Origin: Fistulifera solaris
Lineage: Eukaryota
Assembly (NCBI GenBank): GCA_030295235.1
Contig: AP026145.1
Span: forward strand, 806,001-870,000
Direction: 5' to 3'
Length of the DNA: 64,000 nucleotides
Both the position numbers and the translations under genes were made by a program. Positions 1-12,156 of this stretch are shown here, piece after piece. The first letter of the stretch is position 1; the number at the start of each line of letters is the position of its first letter. Under the pieces are notes generated by a model. That model worked only from the letters and a program-made list of their open reading frames with translations. It had not been told where the DNA came from and ran no database searches.

Positions 1-1360
1 TACTGGTTGATGACGCTTTTTACGTGGAGGGTGATGGTAGCAGCCTTTCGCTATCCGAAGTCGAAGTGAGCGGAACGCAAGTAGACGCCCCTCTGTCATG
101 GACTGCCGTCGCGGTCCAGTCGCAAGCCACCGCAACCCTAGAAAAGGTGACAATAGCCGGCAATGAAGGGCTTGAATTTGGGCTTAGTGCAACACTGGCC
201 GGTGTGATATCAATGAAAGACTCTGTAATCGAAAACAACCAGGGTGTGGTAAGTACTACATGGATTAGCGCCCACACTCTCATGAAGTAGCCCTAACTTT
301 TGCTCTTTCAGCAACCCCTCAATCGAACTTCCGCACCTCTTTTTGGGATATCGGATTCAGATATTACAGTAGAAAGAAGTCAATTTATGGGAAATGAGGG
401 ATTCACGGTACGCTTTCCTCCTGTGCAACTTCATTGATCCATGCTTTTTTCGGTCTAACCATTTTCGTCTCGTCGGAACGGACAGGCTGTTGGTGTCTTT
501 TTGCTTCGAAGCAAAATCAACTTATCTACCAGCTGTATTCAAAATGGGTCTTCCGAGTTCGTTTTATCTGTGGACTCGGCATCCACTTTCACGATGGATA
601 CGAACTTTTTAGAGAATTACCAGTCCGAACAATGCGACATTGGTGCTAGGCTGTTCAAAGAAACGGACGGATCGGGTTGTTTCGTTGGATCGGGAACCTG
701 CGAAGGTACTTGCGAGATCCTTGCGGATCAAACGGAATGTCGAATAGAAGCCCCGGAACCGACGGCTTCGCCCACGGCATCTGCGCCGGTAGCAACGACT
801 GTTTCACCCTCACCTCGTCCAAGTAGTGAATTAACGCAACAACCCACTTTGGCACCTGTCGTGGAACGAACAATTATGCCATCAACAGGTGTACCTACCA
901 TTATCTCCACGGTATCCGACGTACCAACCCTCATGGGGAGCGACGAACTCTCATCGGTACCATCGGAGATATTCTTAACGTCTCCTCCGTCGATCGAAAT
1001 GGAAGAAGAAGAAATAAGCGGGAAAGGCAAGAAGAGTAGCAAAAAGGGAAAGAAGGAAAGCAAGGGTAGTAAAACCGGCAAGAGTAGCCCTAGTGGGAAG
1101 GGTAGTAAGACTGGCAAAGGCAGCAAAAGCGGTAAAAGAGCAAGAGCGGTAAGGGCGGTAAAGGCTCGGAAGGACAGCACACCGAATTACCCGCCCTAGC
1201 AATTACGATGAGTCCTACTGGCTTGCCATCAAGTAGTCCATCAACAACCATCGAACAAGAAAGATCCACAAATTTGGGGCTCACTCGGCAGATCGTGGGC
1301 AGACGGCAATGGCGCAAGTTTCTGCAAGACGTGGCACAAAGGGACGACTCCTCCCGATGA
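1..1360 (+). CDS. 5'-truncated secreted/cell-wall-type protein: beta-helix-like repeats, Cys cluster, Pro/Thr/Ser linker and KxxK (GKGSK) lysine cluster
   Basis: Introns 249-311 (GTAAGT..CTAAC..TTTCAG) and ~408-485 (GTACGC..CTAAC..CAG) join the ORFs in frame. Contains the SGKGKKSSKKGKKESKGSKTGK tract. A 1-nt shift near 1135 restores GKSKSGKGGKGSE... through to TGA at 1358-1360. Confidence 0.6.
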
Positions 1361-1852
1361 GTACCTGGTATAGTGGGGAGCACTTGTACGCAATATAAAT
1401 TCACAAACTGTAAACATTTATAGCCTCAATTGAATGCACTAATTATTCATAGAAAGAACGGGATGTTTTAGATGATGCCTAAAATTCTAATGGCCGTTAC
1501 CAAGCGACACCAATGATTCGTGTCTAAGTAGGAAGCGGGACTACTTTGTTTCCTTAACGGACATAAAGTACCAGGTACTTGTAGTGTGAACTGTGAAACA
1601 TTGTCTAGAAAACAAACACCGGTACGATTAATCAACACGTTTTGGTAAAACGCAGCCAAAAAACCCCAAGAGCAAGAGGGTGTGCGCTGCGAAAGTGCGC
1701 CTTTGCATTATTTTTCTTCAACACGCAGCAGTTTGACACAACAAGAAACGAACTTAACTTACTATTAACAAAAAAATAGACTTCAGGATCACAAAAGAGC
1801 AAAGAAGATCAGATCCTTTCATTTTCTCAGTACAATTTCTTCTCTTTCGACC

Positions 1853-3260
1853 ATGGAGACTAATAATGCCGATGAAAACGATGAATGCAATCTCGACAAC
1901 ACTCTCATTGAAAGTTTATTCTACAACGAGATGATGTTGATGGAAGAATCACCGTCACTCCTATTGTCGATATTGTCGGCAGATGGAACTCCGTCTGTGG
2001 ATACTAATACGTTGATGGGGACTTCATTATGGGGTCAATTAGGCTCACCAAGTCAGCCGCTCGTGCCACAGCCAGCGCACGTCCCTCAGTATCCTCAACA
2101 TCAACAGGCGCAACAGGAACCACCGAAACTGGAATCAACACTGGCTACCCCGAATCCTTTGGTAACCGTCTCAAGGGTGACAAGCTACCAAAATGCTGAA
2201 GGGGCTGCCGCAGCGCCTCCTTCAGCTCCGGAACCCCTAGTACCGCAGATGACATTACCATCCTCAACAGCCAAGCCAAGTACGATGGACGAAGCAGAGA
2301 AACGCAAAAACTGGTTTCTCAGTTCGCCACCATGGCGTCTCGATTGGGTATTCACTTGCCGCCACAAGTTTTGCGAGCATCTATGGAAGGTCGACAAGTC
2401 GCTGTTCCAGCTTTAGCCACACCCACCGGAGACTCCACAGCGACGGTTCCACCGGCGTCTCCATTTCCCGTCATCTCCGGCGACACGGCATCCTTGCAGC
2501 CGATTGTACAGGAACTTCAGTCGACGGCGGAAGCCGCCATTGCTGCGGTATCGAAAAAACACCCTCTTGAAGAGAATGCCTCGTCCGCCAAGCAGCCCAC
2601 GTATTCCAAACGCCGCAAAAGGCCAGTTTGGGAGAATGCGAGCGCCGACTGGCTTCCTTACAAGCCGAGAACAGTTTACTCAAACGTCACTTGCACAACA
2701 TTGCCAACAAGTCGGCCGCTCTCCAGACGGAACAGAAAGCCGCGGAAGCCCAGATCCGTCATTTGTGGAGTAGTAACGCGACTCAACAGCAATTGGATGC
2801 GGCGGTGAACAATCTCACCGAGCTGTATTCGGATTACGGGAAACGTCGACAAGATGAACTTTCGTTTCATTTGGAGCAACTACGACGACTGGCAAATCCC
2901 ACCAACGTGACGAAAATGGGTTTATGGGCATTGGGACAGCAGTCCGTCTTAAAAAAGAATCCCATTGCCGGTATGCTGCAAAAGGAACTCGACATTACCG
3001 CACAGCAAGGTCGTAAAATAGTCGAACAACGGGAAAAGATTCGTCACGTGTCGTCGAACTTAAAAGAATGTTTGGATCTATTGGGAAAGCTACAGACGTT
3101 ATGTGAAAAGAAGACGAACATTTTCCATGATCGCATGTCGAAGTGCCGAGAAATCTTGACGCCACGACAAGTAGTGAAACTGATTCTATGGATTCATGAT
3201 CACGCACAAGTCCTCGAGAACGTTTGTCCTGGATGGGGATCCGAGACACTTCATTCCTAA
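1853..3260 (+). CDS. bZIP transcription factor with C-terminal DOG1-like helical domain (two apparent frameshifts, ~2308 and ~2620)
   Basis: Basic region SKRRK followed by heptad ECERRLASLQAENSLLKRHL. C-terminal ILTPRQVVKLILW is typical of stramenopile bZIPs. Three overlapping ORFs join at poly-A runs. Confidence 0.7.
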
Positions 3261-4063
3261 AAAAATGATGGACCGGCTTAAGATCGACGATAGATCTAGG
3301 TTTAGTAATAGCCACAGTAACTATGTTTAGCATAAATAAAGTAGCCTGGTTCATTTGTCTAAAATGCATGTTGGTCTTGTGCCTCTCTCTAGCTTTACAT
3401 AGCAGCACCACGAACTCAGAACTCAGAAAGGGTCAAGGTTGGAAAATGACAAGCGCACGCACTTCCAATTATTTTTCCCTCCATTCTCGAAAGAAAAGTG
3501 ACGCACACTGTAACGTGTGATTGTCCGTTATTTTGACAAACGCAAGGAAAAAGGAAATGATCTATGGATTAAAATGTACAGTGAAGAATAAACAGTTTCC
3601 GTTCAGATACGGCGCGCTCGTAACGGAAAGAAAGCAAGAACCATCGTACAGTTTTTCTCATAGAATCAAGGAATTCATTCCGCGCGAGCTGGACCGTGCG
3701 CCAAGAGTGTCTTCCGTTTGACTTTTATCCTCCACGGTGCAGCAAAAGTGTGTCTCTTTCGGACCAATAGTATCCAGGCCATTCAACTCATGAACTCGCA
3801 ACACAACCTCTCTTTGGATAAACACTAAACCCATTCGTTCGTCAAGTGTTTTCGCTAGAACTCACTGCAACAAGTCGAAATACTCCTTGCGGCTTTGGAT
3901 AACAAATCGCGCGAGCGAAGACAATTATTTTTCTGATCGTTACTTGACACCCAAAACGTCAAGAACGGTTTCAAAACATCCATCGAAAGACAGCCAGAAC
4001 TGCGAACCGTTTTTTGTCAGTCAAAGACTTTCCTCTTCCCGCATTACAACAAATCCCATAACA

Positions 4064-5623
4064 ATGAAGTTTTCAACATTCGTATACCTGCTGTGTGCGC
4101 CCCTGATGGTGAATGCCTTTCAAACTTCAACTACGAAGCCATCATTGAATCCGGCGTCCTCGTCGGCGTTGTTCGGTATCAAGAAGAAGAAGAACGACCT
4201 TACCACGCAAGTTCCGGCTTTGAATCGTCACCCGCCTCGTAAAATTTGTTTAATGGTGGAGCCCACTCCCTTTACTCACGTCTCTGGATATGCGAACCGA
4301 TTCAAAGAGATGTTGAAATTTATGAAAAAGGCTGGCGACGACGTCGAAGTCTTGACCGTCGATTCCAAGACTCCGGCAGCCAAGTTACCCACAGATTTCA
4401 AAGGCTATCCCATTCAACACACGCAAGGGTTCACCTTTCCCCTCTATAATCATATTTCCCTCACGGTCGATTTGCCAGAGATGAAGGGGGCTCGCATTTT
4501 GGAAGAGAAGCAAGTGGACTTGATCCACGTCACGTCTCCCCGGATTCATGCTCTTTGCTGCTATTTTCTACGCTCGGGTGATGTGCACCCCGCTGGTGAT
4601 GAGTTATCACACACATCTTCCGACCTACGGTACGTTGTGTAATGCAATCATGCAAAAAGGCGTTGCTTTTGTCTATAGGTTCTAACCAACCGCTTTGATT
4701 TAGGCAAAAACTACCTAGGCTTTATTCCAGGCATTGAAAATCTTTGCTGGGAAGCCTTGCGCTGGGCGCATTCGCGAGCTGACTTGACTTTGGTGACGTC
4801 CCCACAAATGCAAGATGAGTTGCGCAAGAACGGAATCCCCCGTGTGGATGTGTGGCGCAAGGGTATTGACACGGAACGCTTTGATCCAGCATTTAAGAGT
4901 CTGGAAATGCGTCAGAGAATGTCGAATGGCAATCCCGATGATTTCTTGATGGTGTATGTGGGACGATTGGGGGCCGAAAAACGACTCAAGGATATCAAAG
5001 CGATGCAAGAAAAGTTGGGACCCAAAGCTCGATTGTGCATTGTCGGTACTGGGCCGCAGAAAGAGGAACTAGAAAAGTTCTTTGACGGTACTAACACTGT
5101 CTTTATGGGGCAGCTGTCGGGAGATGAGTTGTCTCAAGCATTTGCGTCAGCGGATGTATTTGTAATGCCCTCCGATTCCGAGACTCTTGGATTCGTCGTA
5201 CTCGAAAGTATGGCCAGTGGAGTTCCAGTGGTAGGTGCCGCAGCTGGTGGTATTCCTGACTTGATCGATAATGAGCAAACAGGATACTTGTGCGAACCTG
5301 GCAACACCGAAGACTTTGTGAGGCGCTTGCGTGCTCTACAGGATACGGAACATCGCGCGGCCATGGGCAAGGCGGCTCGCGCGGAAGCCGAGAAATGGGG
5401 CTGGGAGGCAGCAACTTCCTATTTGCGAAATGTTCAGTACGAAAAGGCGCTGATTAACTTTCACAGTCGCGCCTTTGGCGGATTTGGTCGGCCTCGTACG
5501 GCTGGCATGTGGCGATTGTTGGGATGGCGCATCCGGCATATTTTCCGAAGAGCCGTCCGCTCTCCGGTCACCTTGCTGTCTTCTTTGCAACGGCGCTGGT
5601 GCCAGTTGCGTGGAGTGGTATAA
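4064..5623 (+). CDS. SQD2: Sulfoquinovosyldiacylglycerol synthase (GT4), plastid-targeted
   Basis: Motifs MVEPTPFTHVSGYANRF, SYHTHLP, VDVWRKGID and ADVFVMPSDSETLGFVVLESMASGVPVV. Presequence ...VNAF. Intron 4630-4703. Frameshift in the C-run near 4540. Confidence 0.92.
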
Positions 5624-5703
5624 GAATACCATGACGCAGATCTTTTGTGTGTGATTAATAGTCTACTCCATATCTATATGCGTTCCACGTATTCATTGTA
5701 GTA

Positions 5704-6208
5704 TTATGAGCATGTTTTCCACGCCATGAGAACAGACTGCGTCATAGACAACCATGATATTGAATCTGTCATTAAATTAGGCTGGTTTCCTTCGAGCCAC
5801 ATGTGTCCTACGCCAATTTGAATCGTCCACGACAATATCCAAAGAACGGCAACGCATGCCTTTCGACGATTCTTCATCTTGTCGTTGGCAAACACCACCG
5901 AAGCCACTCCCACTACAACCGAGGTAGAGAGCGGCTGCACTAGCAGCCCACGTAAAAGGCTCTATTACCCAAGTTAACACGGCAATCGTTCCATGCACTG
6001 CGTACCACAGATGATGCAGGAAAATGGGTGGGAAACGTCGAAGGTGAGCGCTTTGCAACACGAACGAAACAAGCAGAATGAATGTTCCGTATTCGATGGG
6101 AATCAAAACACAATGGAGATACTGATTCCGCACATTTTGATGCGCCCTTTCGTACTGCTTCATATCGATTTCATGTTGCATTCGTAGTGATTCTATCCAT
6201 GTTGGCAT
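5704..6208 (-). CDS. DUF962 / Mpo1-like membrane protein (frameshift near 5940)
   Basis: Conserved His motifs YERAHQNVRNQYLHCVLIP and WTIQIGVGHMWLEGNQP are split across two frames. Confidence 0.7.
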
Positions 6209-6635
6209 GTTTTTTCTTTCTTAATGTGAGTAGAACTACAAACGACCTGCTCTTCCCGAAGTAATGACTTGTTTATTCCCTCTTTGTGCGTCTTGCTCTT
6301 TGATATCGAGATTATTGATATTACTAAGTACGCAGCAAAGGAGTTATGATAGGAAGGTCTTTGCTTCATTCTCTCAAGCTCGACGATGCCGAGAAGCAAA
6401 AAACAACGAGTGCCATTTATTTTCAGCCCGGTGCCTTTTTCCGGGTACCTAAACGAAGATTTTAGCTAAAGGCTATAGATTTGATAATCTTTTCAATCCA
6501 TGAAAAAAAAAGAAAATGGCTTTACTTATATATATAATTAACATTTATTCATTGTTATTGAAGTTAAGTTACTCGATATTGCGACTGCAAATGGTGTCAT
6601 GACATTGACACGGATCTCAAACACAAGACGTTGCC

Positions 6636-7031
6636 TCAGCAATCAGCAGCATGAAGACCATCGAAGGCCATGGTAATGTGCTCCAAAAACTCTTCCTCCG
6701 CCAAAGCCGATGAGCGAAGATATTGCTGGCGCATCTCACTTTCCGCATTGTCATCATGGATGATGCAGCTCATTTCACTCCAATCTTCCGCACTGCTTTG
6801 TTGAAACAACTGCGGGCGAACAAAGTCGCGCTGTTCTTTTTTGTTCTCTAAGAGAGCTAGGGGCTCATAAGTTTCATCTTCCATAATCGTTGGCAAGATG
6901 GTGGAGAAGGGGTATCGTCGACGACGAGAGACACGGTTGTTTTCCATGCTGCCGATGATGAGCGTAGATTTAAACGAAAAGCGACCGCTTTGCTTGCTTG
7001 CGCCAGTCGAAGGGAGCACGGGGTACATCAT
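6636..7031 (-). CDS. Small hypothetical protein with LxxIxE motif
   Basis: 131-aa ORF from ATG 7031 with coding-like composition. Contains LPTIMEDE. Confidence 0.45.
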   Translation of the reverse strand: MMYPVLPSTGASKQSGRFSFKSTLIIGSMENNRVSRRRRYPFSTILPTIMEDETYEPLALLENKKEQRDFVRPQLFQQSSAEDWSEMSCIIHDDNAESEMRQQYLRSSALAEEEFLEHITMAFDGLHAADC

Positions 7032-7979
7032 GATAGTTTTGAGAGTTTGATAGCTTGAGAAATGATTCAATATGCTTTTTGTGAGCGTGATAATGTGATC
7101 GGATGTTCATTTATTCTTTCGTGGATTATGTGCTGTTTTCGTCCGTTTCCGCGGAGACGCGAGCGAAACACGACACAATTTTTGTGAGTGTCGACCGGCG
7201 CGCGAATCGAAAAGCTATGTATAGATAGCCATAACCTCGTAGTGGTACAAGTAATCATTAAGCCTATAACGTGATAGAAAAATCCGCGAACCGTGTCAAT
7301 TTTCACGCCAAACGAAAACAAACTCGTCATCGACCATGGACGACGATGACGGACTAAGAGCTCGTTGAAAAACGATGCAACTATGGAAGAAATCACCTTC
7401 TCATCTTATAAGTCGGAATGGAAGAGATGAATGGATGCTGCGGTCTTATTTTTGAGATTGGCGGCAAGTTCGAGGGTCGAAGGGAGAATCGGATTTTACA
7501 GGTACGCACGAAAATCCGATGTAGCATCAGGAGCTACAAGGTCGAATCTATGTTTGCGGTCATGAATTTTCCTCCAACTCATATCAGAGTATCCGTAGGT
7601 ACTTTACTTATGTTCGAAGCATTTAAAATAGTCATCATGTCGGCAATGGGAGTGCTGTCGACAAAGAAATTGTACATACGTTATACAAATCTATACAACT
7701 TAATGATTGCAGAATTAAACTACGCATGGATAAAGCAATAATATGAAGATAAATGCTCCTTTATTTCTTTTGTGTGACTTTATCCACCAGAGACCATTAA
7801 CGAGTCTCGTGTATTCTCGGCGGAGCACCAGTCCTTCTTCACGACGAAGTCAATCGAGATTTTTTCTCGACGCGATGAAACATCATCTTTCTAATAAAAG
7901 AGCCATATTTGCGATTTTTGTTTTATTTCAATGTATATCTATGCGCGCTTAACCGAGAGCAACGTATGAAAAGAAGCGA

Positions 7980-8396
7980 TCAGAAAGAGTGATTCCAAAT
8001 AGCCGGACTTCGCGTATTTAGCCGTGCCTGAGGGTGGTGAAGATCTTCACACACCATGGTAATCTTGGAAAAATCATCCTCGTCCATGGCTTTGGAACGA
8101 CGATGTTTTCGCTTCGTGCTGATTGCGACTGGGGAAACATGACTCTCATCGACGATGCGCTCTTCCATCTTGACTCGCTTTCGCATCGTCACACGAGGAG
8201 CACCAGGCATTTCAATAACCTCGTCTTCCTCGATCGTATACAAGGCTCTGCGAAGCTTGTTAGGGAGTGGCATCGGAATGGGAGTAAGAGGGTCCTCGTG
8301 GTCGATCAACTTGACCACCGCATGCAACTCGACCGCCGAGCGAGCTTGCTGAGGCTGCGGCTTGTGAGTGTTCAATGAGAACAAGTGGAAGATCAT
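7980..8396 (-). CDS. Small hypothetical protein with LxxIxE motif
   Basis: 138-aa ORF from ATG 8396. Contains RRALYTIEEDE. Confidence 0.45.
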   Translation of the reverse strand: MIFHLFSLNTHKPQPQQARSAVELHAVVKLIDHEDPLTPIPMPLPNKLRRALYTIEEDEVIEMPGAPRVTMRKRVKMEERIVDESHVSPVAISTKRKHRRSKAMDEDDFSKITMVCEDLHHPQARLNTRSPAIWNHSF

Positions 8397-8987
8397 GATG
8401 CTTGGTAGTTTTAATGCGAAATGAATCGATCTGATTTTTTGTGAGGATGAAATTATGATCAAAAAGTGGCATGCTGTTGTTTTGTTCTTGTGGCGCAGTT
8501 TTCTTTTTGCAATGAAACGCCGGGAGCGGTTTTCAAAGTGCCGTTTTTTCTGAGTCACGCTTGTATTATACACATTGGCTGATAGTGACATACCAAGCCT
8601 TTATCCTTAACGGAAACTGAAGAAAACGGACGCTCCGTGCCGGTTTTCAGCGGCGTTTCTCCCGCTGCGCACCATGATGATAAACGGTCGAACAATCATC
8701 AATCGATACAATTATCTCATTGAACTCATTAAATGAGCTCAACCATGACAGCAACGACTGACGGATGGTACTTAATGTCTAATATTTGTCAACAAATGGA
8801 ACCAAGGACACACAATATGCTTTGAGTTGTTGCACATTGACAGCCTTTCCATGTCATTGAATGAGTGCCGTTGCTGATATCACCTCAAAACAAAACAAGA
8901 TGAGAGCATGCATGCGTGCTTCAAGAAGTGATGCCTCTGTTTTGAAGACCAGAAGATAACACAGCGTTTGCCTTGGTGGCGGGAAAC

Positions 8988-9056
8988 GACGTTAAAATTC
9001 TGCCTCGCCGTAGGGTCTACGTAGAAAATTGTACCTAGAGGCAGAATTTTAACGTC
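8988..9056. repeat. Perfect 19-bp inverted repeat with 31-nt spacer
   Basis: GACGTTAAAATTCTGCCTC (8988-9006) and GAGGCAGAATTTTAACGTC (9038-9056). The stem extends via GGAAA/TTTCC after one mismatch. Confidence 0.9.
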
Positions 9057-9369
9057 CTTTCCGTGTTGAGCTCTGTTATTATTTGAAGTGTTCCGAGTTT
9101 CGGCGAGGCACGTGGTTCTCTACCCTTGCTCTACCAGTGACTGTCTTACCGGCTTACATTTCCAATAGTAGAAGTAGTGTCCCTTTGAGTGTGACGTGGA
9201 ACTGGCTTTTTGCTACGACGTGGAAAGGAGAAAACGAGAAAAAGTGAGGTGGTTTACTTTCCCATGATTGACACACGACGATAACCAACGAAATAGAGAA
9301 AACAAACAATTGTATGCGTTCCTAGTTTTCCCTGCCTTATTAGTGTGGTCTATTCGATTGAACGGTACC

Positions 9370-10356
9370 ATGCACCTCTCAATATTGGTATCAGCATGCG
9401 CTGTTGTGTCGGTGCAAAGCTTTACAGTAGCACCATCGGTGCATCGACGACCATCCCCATTCTCCTTATCATCGGCTCCATCCCTCAACAATCAGCAAGA
9501 GTTTCAAGAAACATCGGAAGTCACGAACAAGAAGTCATGGAAAGATGACGGCTTTGTTTTTGGCTTGAGTGATTCGGGTTTACAGCGGCCGAAAGGCAAA
9601 GTAGCCATGACCGTCGTTGATGGAGATTCTCTCGAAACCAAGCCCTATCAAGTCGTCTTGGTCCTATCGACACTGTTCGGTCACGCGGCCTTTTTCATGA
9701 ACGCCATGATGGGTATTTGGGCGCAGCAGAATTATCAACTGGGACCGGCCGCTCTCCAAACTACGAGCTTGACACTCGCGAGTTGGGTTTTGGCCGATTT
9801 GGGCAGTGGCATTTTGCACTGGTCAGTGGATAATTATGGGAACGGACGTACTCCCATCATGGGAGGGATCATTGCCGCCTTTCAAGGGCATCATTCGGCG
9901 CCTTGGACGATTACGCAACGCGGCTTTTGCAACAATGTATACAAATTGTGTTTGCCGTTCGGTCTAGCGCCCGTCACGCTCTTGACATGGCTGGGTGCGG
10001 GCCCCCAGACGATTCTATTTGCCACGACGTTTTGTGTATTGGAAATATTATCTCAAGAATTTCATAAATGGTCGCATATGCTGGGAAGTGAGACGCCGGG
10101 TTGGGTGAATCGCCTGCAAGCTTTAGGACTCACCGTGTCGCGCAAAACGCACGGATTGCACCATTTGGCTCCTTACGAAGGCAATTACTCTATTATTTCG
10201 GGTGTCACGAATCGTATACTGGATCAGACAGGTTTTTTTCGAAGACTGGAGCACTTGATATATCGATGGAATGGAGTAGAAGCGAACGCGTGGAAGCTTG
10301 ATGCCGAGCTCAAGGAGAGGACTTTGCGTGGAGACTATTCGTTGCGCAAAGGATGA
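9370..10356 (+). CDS. FAD4: Plastid fatty acid desaturase 4 (TMEM189/Kua family, delta3-trans-16:1 desaturase)
   Basis: His boxes ADLGSGILHWSVDNYG, AAFQGHHSAPWTIT, SQEFHKWSH and HGLHH. Presequence VQSF. Confidence 0.88.
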   Translation: MHLSILVSACAVVSVQSFTVAPSVHRRPSPFSLSSAPSLNNQQEFQETSEVTNKKSWKDDGFVFGLSDSGLQRPKGKVAMTVVDGDSLETKPYQVVLVLSTLFGHAAFFMNAMMGIWAQQNYQLGPAALQTTSLTLASWVLADLGSGILHWSVDNYGNGRTPIMGGIIAAFQGHHSAPWTITQRGFCNNVYKLCLPFGLAPVTLLTWLGAGPQTILFATTFCVLEILSQEFHKWSHMLGSETPGWVNRLQALGLTVSRKTHGLHHLAPYEGNYSIISGVTNRILDQTGFFRRLEHLIYRWNGVEANAWKLDAELKERTLRGDYSLRKG

Positions 10357-10593
10357 ATAGTATAAGTACTACTCCGGTAACGAAAAGCATAGAAACATGC
10401 TTCTTCTGTAGTTTGCTAATTTACATAATATAAAGTGTCATTGGTTAGCAACAAAATGCGTCATAAGTCCCTAGCGGAATGCGTCAGAACTAACTACGGA
10501 TTGCCTAGCTTATTACTGTTATTCTGCCACCGCAATGAAACCCTCTTGGGAAATGTTACCAGGGAGGACTAATCGCGAAGCAGCATCAGTTGT

Positions 10594-11395
10594 TTAAATG
10601 GTGCGTCTCTTGCCAGAGCCTTTTCCGGAGCCTTTGCCTGATCCCTTGCCGGACTTTTTAGAGCCTCCTTTGCCCTTTCCGGACTTGCTGCTTCCCTTGC
10701 CTTTTCCTTTTCCAGACTTCTTGGAGCTCTTCTTGCCTTTTCCTTTGCCTTTGCCGGACTTGCTGCTTCCCTTACCTTTACCCTTTCCGGAGCTTCCTTT
10801 GCCTTTGCCCTTTCCTTTTCCAGAGCTTCCTTTGCCAGGAGCGACTCCCTTTCTGGAGCTGCTACTTCCCTTGCCAGGGATGACTCCCTTTCCGGAGTTA
10901 GGAGTATCATCGCTACTGCTGACCGGTGCCGCTCCTTTTCCGGGGTGGCTGATGCTTCCTTTGCCAGGTGCCACTCCTTTTCCAGAGCTTCCTTTACCTT
11001 TTCCTGACTTGCTCATACCTTTTCCTTTTCCTTTGCCGGATTTCTTGCTCATGCCTTTACCTTTGCCCTTACCAGACTTGCTGCTTCCTTTGCCTTTGCC
11101 GGATTTCTTGCTCATTCCCTTGCCGGAGTCGCTCATGCCTTTGCCCGACATTCCCATTCCTTTGCCAGATTTGCTCATGCCCTTTCCAGATCCACCTTTA
11201 CCTTTTCCGGAGCTGGAAGAGCCCTTGCCGAGACGTCGTAGGTTCTAGAAAGGATACATTGTTAGTTGAAACTGCAACATCATGCATTGGAAGCGGACAT
11301 TTTCTTACCCTGTGCTCGCTCTCGAATGTTGCATCCCTAGCGATAGTCATCGATGCCATCAGGCAGACGAAAAGAAGATTGTAAAGGCCCTTCAT
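10594..11395 (-). CDS. Silaffin/cingulin-like Lys-Gly-Ser-rich secreted protein A (~245 aa)
   Basis: Exon 1 (11395-11309) encodes a signal peptide. Intron 11308-11245. Exon 2 begins NLRRL (RxL), then SGKG/KKSGKGKGKG repeats, ending KRRTI. Confidence 0.8.
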
Positions 11396-12156
11396 AGTAA
11401 AGTTGGACGGTAAAACTTGTTTACACTCTCAAACCTATGATCTCAACGATGCCGATGGCGAAAATTGTGTCGTTCCTTCTTCTCGTCCGAGATCTTTGCC
11501 GACGAGAGCTTTCATCTTTCATTATTATTTTTTCATGGCATGCCGGCACGTCTCGTTCTTCTGTCGCCTGCCACACTCAATGATGATGCATTGTGTAGGT
11601 TTGTTCTCCTAAACAAACTTTATGCTTCATGGTTGACCGGCGCTGCCCTCCATTTTTGAAAATCTACCATTCGTACTCTTTTACGGATTGTACATATTTC
11701 TCGATGTCCTCAACACCGACACAGTGGTGTAGTGCAATGAGCAATGAATGCTCATTGTGTAGTGGGCTATTGTCGACGAACGGATACTATGGAGACGGAC
11801 GAGAAATTTGAAATATTTCCTCGCAAGCTGCGAGCTGCGAGCAGGCCTGGGCCTGGGGAATGCGGCCGGCTTGTAACGATCAACGATCAACGATCACGCC
11901 ATCACGTCCAAAGCTAAGGTTATTAGTGATTAGAACAACATGCAGAGTGCGAAGTAACAGTGCAAAATACCTGGTAGTAATCAATATCATGACGCTAAGG
12001 TCAGCGGTCTTAAGTTGGGAATGACTCATTTAAAACAATTCCAATTCCGACATCTAATTTCTACAGAATGAACATAATCATTTCACATTTTTCAATCTTT
12101 TACCCAGGCTTCTGATGAGTGTAACGCTCGTTGATATTCGTGATTTATCTAACTAT

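Noticed and set aside
10598..11248. Pro/Leu/Phe-rich plus-strand ORF (also 13644-13988 and 728-1180)
   Set aside because: Antisense shadow of GGA-AAG-GGC repeat coding. The opposite strand has the signal peptide, intron and RxL motif.
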